A stretch of DNA of 64,000 nucleotides from Rhodothermales bacterium. Lineage in GTDB: Bacteria; Bacteroidota; Rhodothermia; Rhodothermales; JABDKH01. Below, piece by piece: positions 57,898 through 64,000 of the stretch. Under the pieces are notes generated by a model. It searched no databases, was not told the DNA's origin, and saw only the letters and a program-made list of their open reading frames with translations. The position numbers and the translations under genes are program-made. Location of the stretch: positions 1,763 to 65,762 of the forward strand of contig JABDKH010000119.1 in the NCBI GenBank assembly GCA_013002345.1. The letters are read 5' to 3'. How positions within the stretch are numbered: position 1 is the first letter of the stretch; each line of letters starts with the position of its first letter.

Positions 57898-58023
57898 TAT
57901 TGGTGGCGAACCAGTCACGGCAGGAATAAAAGGCCCTGGAACAGGTATCCTGGCTCGATTCCGGGGGGAATGTGAAATCGAGCGCGCAGGCCATATAAGG
58001 CTGTTTCTGACCGCCTACGTAGC

Positions 58024-59190
58024 ATGATACGGATCGTTGCAGACGCGGACATACCAAATTTGCCGAGGTTACTGGGCGACGCCGGGCACCTGACGTCGGT
58101 GCCGGGCCGCGATATCGATGCAGCAACCGTCAAGAACGCCGATGTGCTGCTCGTTCGGAGTGTCACGAAGGTGAATTCCGGTCTTCTCGTCGACAGCCGC
58201 GTCAGATTCGTCGGTTCAGCCACCGCCGGAGTCGATCACGTCGATTCTGAGTTTCTTCGTGACCGTGGAATCGTGTTTAAGCACGCACCGGGCTCGAACG
58301 CCGAATCGGTCGTGGAATACGTGCTCGCGGCGATGTATTCCTTGGCGGTCCAATCAGGCGTTCGGCTGCGTGAGAGGGTGGTTGGAATTGTAGGATGCGG
58401 CAACGTGGGTGGAAGGCTCGCTCGACGACTCGTGGCAGGCGGAATGCGTGTTATCGTTAACGATCCACCGCTGGAGGCGCACGGGGAACCGTTTGCACCC
58501 GGGCTCGAAATCTCCGACCTCGTCGGTACGGTCCGAAGAGCCGACATCCTCTCCCTGCACGTTCCACTGGAGCGGGAGGGCGCCCACCCGACGTATCGAA
58601 TGATGACGAACGAACTGTTTGGCATGATGCGGCCCAACGCGTGGCTTATCAACACGTCAAGAGGCCCCGTCATAGACGAGTCGTCACTCATGGCGCATCT
58701 AGCGAAGAGCGACGCTGGACCGGCGGTGCTGGACGTCTGGGATACCGAGCCCGAACCAAGTCCTCTGCTCGTAAATATGTCCCGGATCTGCACACCACAT
58801 ATCGCTGGCTACTCGACCGACGCCAGGCTCACCGGAGCACGGATGATTGCCGGCGCCGTTCATCGGTTTCTTGGCAGGCCCGTTGAAGACGCGCGCACGG
58901 ATGCGGCCCTGAAGGAGCTGAGAGCGCCCGACACGTCTCTTCCACGTGCGGAGTGGCTTCACGATGTCATCCGTCAGATGTACGACATCGAGGGCGAGAG
59001 TGACGACTTCCGTCGGCGCATCCTAAACTCCCGGCGGCCCGCCGAGACGTTCACGCAGTATCGGCGCGACTATCCTCGGAGGTACTCGTTCGGTCGTTAT
59101 TTCCTGGACGAACGACACGTGCCTGCAGAGCTTCTCGATGTGACGCGCAGCCTGGGCGTTAACGTTCAGGCCCCCGACACTCAGTCATAG
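58024..59190 (+). CDS. pdxB: 4-phosphoerythronate dehydrogenase
   Basis: 388 aa. MIRIVADADIP...VLLVRSVTKV, the NAD-binding motif GIVGCGNVGGRL, and TPHIAGYS, plus a PdxB-type C-terminal dimerisation domain. Confidence 0.85.
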   Translation: MIRIVADADIPNLPRLLGDAGHLTSVPGRDIDAATVKNADVLLVRSVTKVNSGLLVDSRVRFVGSATAGVDHVDSEFLRDRGIVFKHAPGSNAESVVEYVLAAMYSLAVQSGVRLRERVVGIVGCGNVGGRLARRLVAGGMRVIVNDPPLEAHGEPFAPGLEISDLVGTVRRADILSLHVPLEREGAHPTYRMMTNELFGMMRPNAWLINTSRGPVIDESSLMAHLAKSDAGPAVLDVWDTEPEPSPLLVNMSRICTPHIAGYSTDARLTGARMIAGAVHRFLGRPVEDARTDAALKELRAPDTSLPRAEWLHDVIRQMYDIEGESDDFRRRILNSRRPAETFTQYRRDYPRRYSFGRYFLDERHVPAELLDVTRSLGVNVQAPDTQS

Positions 59191-60083
59191 CCAAACGAGC
59201 GGAGCTGTGTATCACTATCTCGCCACCCTTTGCGCACTTTCACAAAGAGCCGGAGGTAGACCGGTCGTTCGAGAAACAGTTCGATCGACTTTCGTGCCCT
59301 GATACCGACTTCCTTGACGGCGGCGCCATTCTTTCCGATCAGGATGGCCTTCTGAGAATCTCGCTCGACGACAATTTCGGCATCGATTATGTCTTTGCCG
59401 CTGTCACTCTTTTCGGTGAAATCGACGATGTTCACCTGCGTCGAGTACGGAACTTCCTGTCCGAACTTCTGGAATATCTTCTCCCGGATGATCTCAGCGA
59501 CAAAAAACCGCTCGGGGTGTTCGCTGACCTGGTCTTTCGGATAGAACGGAGGACCTTCGGGAATCCGTGCAGTGATGACTTCGGTCAGGACGTCGAGGTT
59601 GGTCTTCTTACGAGCCGATACCGGGACCACATCCGCAAACGTCCGCAGGGACGTGTATTTCTCCACAAGCGGCAGAGCATCCTCGGAGCGGATAAGGTCC
59701 ATCTTGTTCAGCACGAGGACGGCCGGTACGTTGCCCAGCTCTGCCAGGCTCAGCGTGTCGGGCGATTCGCGCGTAACGTCGGCTATGAACAGGATGAGAT
59801 CGGCGTCGACCACGGCGCGCCGCACCGAGCGCATCATTGACTCCTGCAGCCCATAGCGAGGTTCGATGACACCAGGGGTGTCGAGGAAGATGATCTGGCT
59901 CTCAGCATCGCTGAGAATACCCAGGACCCGATGCCGCGTCGTTTGCGGTTTGGCTGTAACGATGGACAGCTTTTGTCCCAGCAACGCGTTCAGGAGCGTA
60001 CTCTTGCCGGCGTTCGGTTTGCCGACGATGGCAACATAGCCGCTACGATGCCCGCCAGACTCCGAGTTGATGTCTTCGTTCAT
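59181..60083 (-). CDS. era: GTPase Era
   Basis: 300 aa. G1 GKPNAGKSTL, G3 DTPG, G4 NKMD, and a C-terminal KH domain. Its 3' end overlaps the 3' end of pdxB by 10 nt (convergent). Confidence 0.95.
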   Translation of the reverse strand: MNEDINSESGGHRSGYVAIVGKPNAGKSTLLNALLGQKLSIVTAKPQTTRHRVLGILSDAESQIIFLDTPGVIEPRYGLQESMMRSVRRAVVDADLILFIADVTRESPDTLSLAELGNVPAVLVLNKMDLIRSEDALPLVEKYTSLRTFADVVPVSARKKTNLDVLTEVITARIPEGPPFYPKDQVSEHPERFFVAEIIREKIFQKFGQEVPYSTQVNIVDFTEKSDSGKDIIDAEIVVERDSQKAILIGKNGAAVKEVGIRARKSIELFLERPVYLRLFVKVRKGWRDSDTQLRSFGYD

Positions 60084-60096
60084 AGACGACGCGGTA

Positions 60097-60840
60097 CTAG
60101 ATATTGTCGGTATTGTACCGCTCTTTCACAAGTCGATTCATGTCCTCGACGGCCTTGTGCAATCCGGTGAGAACGCCGCGCGCGATGATCGCAAAACCGA
60201 TCGAGACCTCCTCAACGAACGGCACGTGTGAACCGAAGACGGGGTAGTTGTGGTAGTTCAATCCATGCCCCGCATGGACCTTGAGTCCGAGGCTGTTGGC
60301 GAACGTGGCGCCCGCGGCGAGTCGTTCCGCTTCCCGGAGTTGTACTTCCATTGTGGCGGCGTTCGCGAAATCTCCGGTGTGAAGTTCAACACACGTCGCG
60401 CCCACTTCCACCGAATGCTCAATCTGTCGCGGATCCGGATCAACGAACAGGGAGATTTCCGGAATGCCGGACTGAATGAGATCGGGTATCACGTTTCGCA
60501 ACTGGTAGTCATTGGCAATGACATCGAGTCCGCCCTCAGTCGTCACCTCTTCGCGTCGCTCCGGCACGAGTGTCGCGACGTCGGGCATGATCTCACAGCA
60601 GATGCGAACCACTTCGTCGCTAGTAGAGAGCTCAAAATCCAGACGACCCTGTACCGTTTCCTTCAAGAGTCTCACGTCGCGCTCCGTGATATGCCTGCGG
60701 TCCTCGCGCAGGTGAAAGACGACTCCATCGGCGCCGGCGGACTCGCATATGGCTGCCGCGTGAACGGGGTCCGGGAATTGCTCTCTGCGGGCGTTGCGCA
60801 GGGTCGCAATGTGATCAACGTTAACGAGAAAGCTTGTCAC
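60097..60840 (-). CDS. pdxJ: Pyridoxine 5'-phosphate synthase
   Basis: 247 aa. NVDHIATLRNAR, HLREDRRHI, LVPE, HAGHGLNY. Confidence 0.95.
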   Translation of the reverse strand: MTSFLVNVDHIATLRNARREQFPDPVHAAAICESAGADGVVFHLREDRRHITERDVRLLKETVQGRLDFELSTSDEVVRICCEIMPDVATLVPERREEVTTEGGLDVIANDYQLRNVIPDLIQSGIPEISLFVDPDPRQIEHSVEVGATCVELHTGDFANAATMEVQLREAERLAAGATFANSLGLKVHAGHGLNYHNYPVFGSHVPFVEEVSIGFAIIARGVLTGLHKAVEDMNRLVKERYNTDNI

Positions 60841-60937
60841 GGCGGAGCAGTTTCGAGAATGGGGACATCAACCGGTGTAATTCCCTCAAATGTACGCAAT
60901 ACGGACTTCAGGATACGGTTTGCATGCGGGTCAGGCT

Positions 60938-60952
60938 ACCGTTGACAACGGT
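60938..60952. promoter_or_regulatory. Perfect 15-bp palindrome ACCGTTG-A-CAACGGT containing a TTGACA hexamer
   Basis: Seen directly in the pdxJ / 61096-gene divergent intergenic region. The arms are 7 bp each and the -35-like TTGACA is at 60942-60947. Confidence 0.3.
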
Positions 60953-61095
60953 TGGCCGCACGTCACGTTATGTTGCATTTCGGGGGGTAGCCGCGTATTT
61001 TCGTCGCGATGTTGATGCGGTTGGATCGCCGGTCTGATTCGGCGTAACCGCGCTCAATCTGGCAATCAATCACGGTTTACGGGAGAAGGCGCAAG

Positions 61096-61557
61096 ATGGC
61101 TTCAAACAGCCACGGTGTTCAGGTTGCCATTCAGGTGGCGCTGGGACTCGTTATCATAGCTCTGGTTTACTGGCTCTACGTTTCGATTACCGAGCCGTAC
61201 GAGGCTGTCAAGAGGCAGAAACAGGTCACGGAAGACACTCGCGGGCGGATGCTGGATATCCGTGCTGCCATGATCCGTTACGAGGATTTGAACGGGCGCT
61301 ATCTGACTTCCCTCGATTCGCTTGTCGACTTCATCCGGGTTGATTCACTGTATGCCATTGCGGCGGACAGCATTTTCGGCGCAGGCTTCGTGGCGGATTC
61401 GTTGCCCTATTCGCCGCGTACCGGCAAGCGCTTTATGCTTTCGGTTAATGACACCGCGCGCGTGATGACATATCTGATCCAGGATCCCGATTCCGATGAT
61501 CGGATTGGCACGCTTCAGCCGGACGTGACGAAGCTTAACGCGGCTTCCTGGGAATAA
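61096..61557 (+). CDS. Membrane-anchored protein with GspG/pseudopilin-like signature but no prepilin cleavage motif
   Basis: 153 aa with a single N-terminal helix (VQVAIQVALGLVIIALVYWLYVSI). RMLDIRAAMIRYEDLNGRYLTSLDSLV resembles the pseudopilin motif DI.ALE.AL..YKLDNG.YPT...GL.ALV. There is no G/FTLIE processing site. Confidence 0.4.
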   Translation: MASNSHGVQVAIQVALGLVIIALVYWLYVSITEPYEAVKRQKQVTEDTRGRMLDIRAAMIRYEDLNGRYLTSLDSLVDFIRVDSLYAIAADSIFGAGFVADSLPYSPRTGKRFMLSVNDTARVMTYLIQDPDSDDRIGTLQPDVTKLNAASWE

Positions 61558-61618
61558 CGATCCTCGGCGTAGACGTAGCATCGTTCTCGCCAGTGAATCC
61601 GGTAGTATCAGGTACGGC

Positions 61619-62536
61619 ATGTCTGACCGAATTCGCTCTGGAATATTCTTCCACGGCTCCCGGATGCGATATGCCGAGATCGAGCAGGCGCAGCCCGGAG
61701 CCAAACTACTCCGACTGGGAAGTTGTGACTTCGACTTCGACGCGGAGCACGCCATCCTGTCGGGCGACTCCAGCAAGCTGGGGACCGTCAAGGAAGCACT
61801 CGGCGATGTCTTCTCCGGATCCAGATCCGGGGACTTCTCCGTTGTCCTGACGCCGGGATCGGTGACGTCGTTTTTCTCTCCCGTGTCCGATCGTATTCCG
61901 GAGGAAGAGAAGAGAAGTCAGCTCGAAGCGGATACGATCCTGATAGGAGGGAAGGAGGCGGCGCTGAGCGTTGTTGCGGAGCCGATCGGATCGGCGCGGG
62001 CTCGTGACGAGGATGAGGGCGATGATGTCACTTGGTATCACGTCGCTGCGGTGCCGGCCTCGATCAAACGACACGTCAACGATCTACTTTCCGTATTCCC
62101 GGACGCACGTACGCATTTCATGACGGCGATGCAGGCGGCGGCGAGGGTTGCCGGCAGAATCGAAGAAGCGCTGGACGGTGAACAACGTCATCAGGCGGCG
62201 GCCCTTATCGGCCGCTTTGCCGGTCATACGGAGGTGTCGATAATGGACTCGGCGGAGTGGCGTTTTGGAGTCACGGTACCGTCCACCCTCCCGGCCGATC
62301 TGGCCTACACCATACTGAACATAGCGCGCGAGGTTGACATCCCTCCTGAAAGGCTGGTTCGCATTTACGTTTACGGCGAGTCGCCTGAAGATTCGGATCT
62401 TGAAAAGGTAAGTTCTCTTTCCTCTGCTCAGATTCTAAAGCTGGATCCTCTGTCGCTTGTTCGAAACGACCCGGTGGCCGTGCGATCGAGTTTCGACCCG
62501 AACCTCTACGTTCTGTGCGTTGGTGGTGCGCTTTGA
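61619..62536 (+). CDS. Hypothetical protein, possibly degenerate PilM/actin-like
   Basis: 305 aa. The N-terminal strand-turn-strand layout (IFFHGSRMRYAEIEQ...KLLRLGSCDF), the overall length and the C-terminal ...YVLCVGGAL recall PilM-type ATPase-fold proteins. This is a weak, by-eye similarity only. Confidence 0.3.
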   Translation: MSDRIRSGIFFHGSRMRYAEIEQAQPGAKLLRLGSCDFDFDAEHAILSGDSSKLGTVKEALGDVFSGSRSGDFSVVLTPGSVTSFFSPVSDRIPEEEKRSQLEADTILIGGKEAALSVVAEPIGSARARDEDEGDDVTWYHVAAVPASIKRHVNDLLSVFPDARTHFMTAMQAAARVAGRIEEALDGEQRHQAAALIGRFAGHTEVSIMDSAEWRFGVTVPSTLPADLAYTILNIAREVDIPPERLVRIYVYGESPEDSDLEKVSSLSSAQILKLDPLSLVRNDPVAVRSSFDPNLYVLCVGGAL

Positions 62537-62562
62537 GCGAGGACATGCAGGAGTGAACGAGG

Positions 62563-63120
62563 ATGCGCATCATCTCCGGTAGCCTTCGCCGGCGCACCAT
62601 ACAGGTACCTCCGGGACGGGACGTGCGGCCCACGACGGACAGGATCCGGGAAGCGATTTTCAACCTGCTGGTCGGGCGAGTCGACATGGTATCGGCACGC
62701 GTGCTGGACCTTTTCGCCGGCAGTGGGGCACTGGGTTTCGAGGCGATCAGCCGTGGCGCGTCCGATGTCATTTTTGTAGAAAAGAACGCAAGAATAGCCG
62801 GCTATGTGGGCAAGAACGCGGCAGCCCTCGACGTCGAATCGCAATCAACGGTAGTTGTTGGCGACGCCATCCGGTATCTGGAGCGATACGATGGCACCCC
62901 GTTTGATGTCGTTCTGGCGGATCCGCCGTACGCTTTCGATGAAGTGATGCGTCTTCCGGATGCAGCGCTCCGCATCGTCAGACCTGAGGGATTGCTTATC
63001 TTCGAACATGACGGCCGACTTGACTTCGGCGATCACGCGTGCCTGTTGACGCAGAGGTCATACGGTCGAACAAAGGTGAGTCTTTTCATGCCATCCAACA
63101 ACAAACCGAAGTCCGGGTGA
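62563..63120 (+). CDS. rsmD: 16S rRNA (guanine966-N2)-methyltransferase
   Basis: 185 aa. MRIISGSLRRRTIQVPPGRDVRPTTDRIREAIFN, DLFAGSGALGFEAISRGA, DPPY. Confidence 0.9.
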   Translation: MRIISGSLRRRTIQVPPGRDVRPTTDRIREAIFNLLVGRVDMVSARVLDLFAGSGALGFEAISRGASDVIFVEKNARIAGYVGKNAAALDVESQSTVVVGDAIRYLERYDGTPFDVVLADPPYAFDEVMRLPDAALRIVRPEGLLIFEHDGRLDFGDHACLLTQRSYGRTKVSLFMPSNNKPKSG

Positions 63121-63127
63121 CGCCTCG

Positions 63128-64000
<873 letters not shown>

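Overview
GC-rich bacterial chromosomal window. Gene content and order look like an FCB-group organism (Bacteroidota/Rhodothermota-like), judging by DUF3098, DUF2723, LptF/G, BshA, RNase Y, a CarboxypepD_reg-type TonB receptor and a LytR_C protein. It is mostly core housekeeping. I see no integrase, transposase, CRISPR array, prophage or recognisable defence genes.

Main blocks:
- 0-8 kb: mreD-like, DUF3098, NamZ/DUF1343, ndk, lipA, lysine 6-transaminase, gyrA.
- 8-10.8 kb: tandem-ABM protein, GAF-PP2C phosphatase, NUDIX.
- 10.8-15.4 kb: translationally coupled ABC exporter - RNase Z - ABC exporter trio.
- 15.5-17 kb: arsenosugar-type pair (AhpD-like protein plus radical-SAM ArsS).
- 17-19.2 kb: Trx-TPR and a TolB-like lipoprotein.
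- 19.2-23.3 kb: Mn-type metal ABC importer.
- 23.3-33.2 kb: rny, zapA, pheT-pheS-rplT-rpmI-infC-thrS, tRNA-Val.
- 34-37.2 kb: TonB-dependent receptor unit.
- 38-47.8 kb: proS, an extreme low-complexity lipoprotein plus a beta-barrel OMP, mltG, chorismate mutase, tsaD, rsfS.
- 47.8-64 kb: DUF2723, rsmI, lptF/G, MBL hydrolase, a kinase-like protein downstream of bshA, SleB-like hydrolase, pdxB, era, pdxJ, a pilin-like/PilM-like pair, rsmD, coaD, and a 5' partial aspartate aminotransferase.

Most unusual items:
1. A terminator-capped, structured, roughly 190-nt non-coding element between zapA and rny.
2. DtxR-like wHTH tails fused to both metal-ABC permeases, with a TTAG...CTAA palindrome upstream of the operon.
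3. A lipoprotein with a 35% Tyr domain and a roughly 300-aa Ser/Arg tail.
4. A GspG-like protein with no prepilin cleavage site, next to a PilM-like protein.

All family calls come from motif recognition by eye. No searches or folding programs were run, and start codons are approximate.
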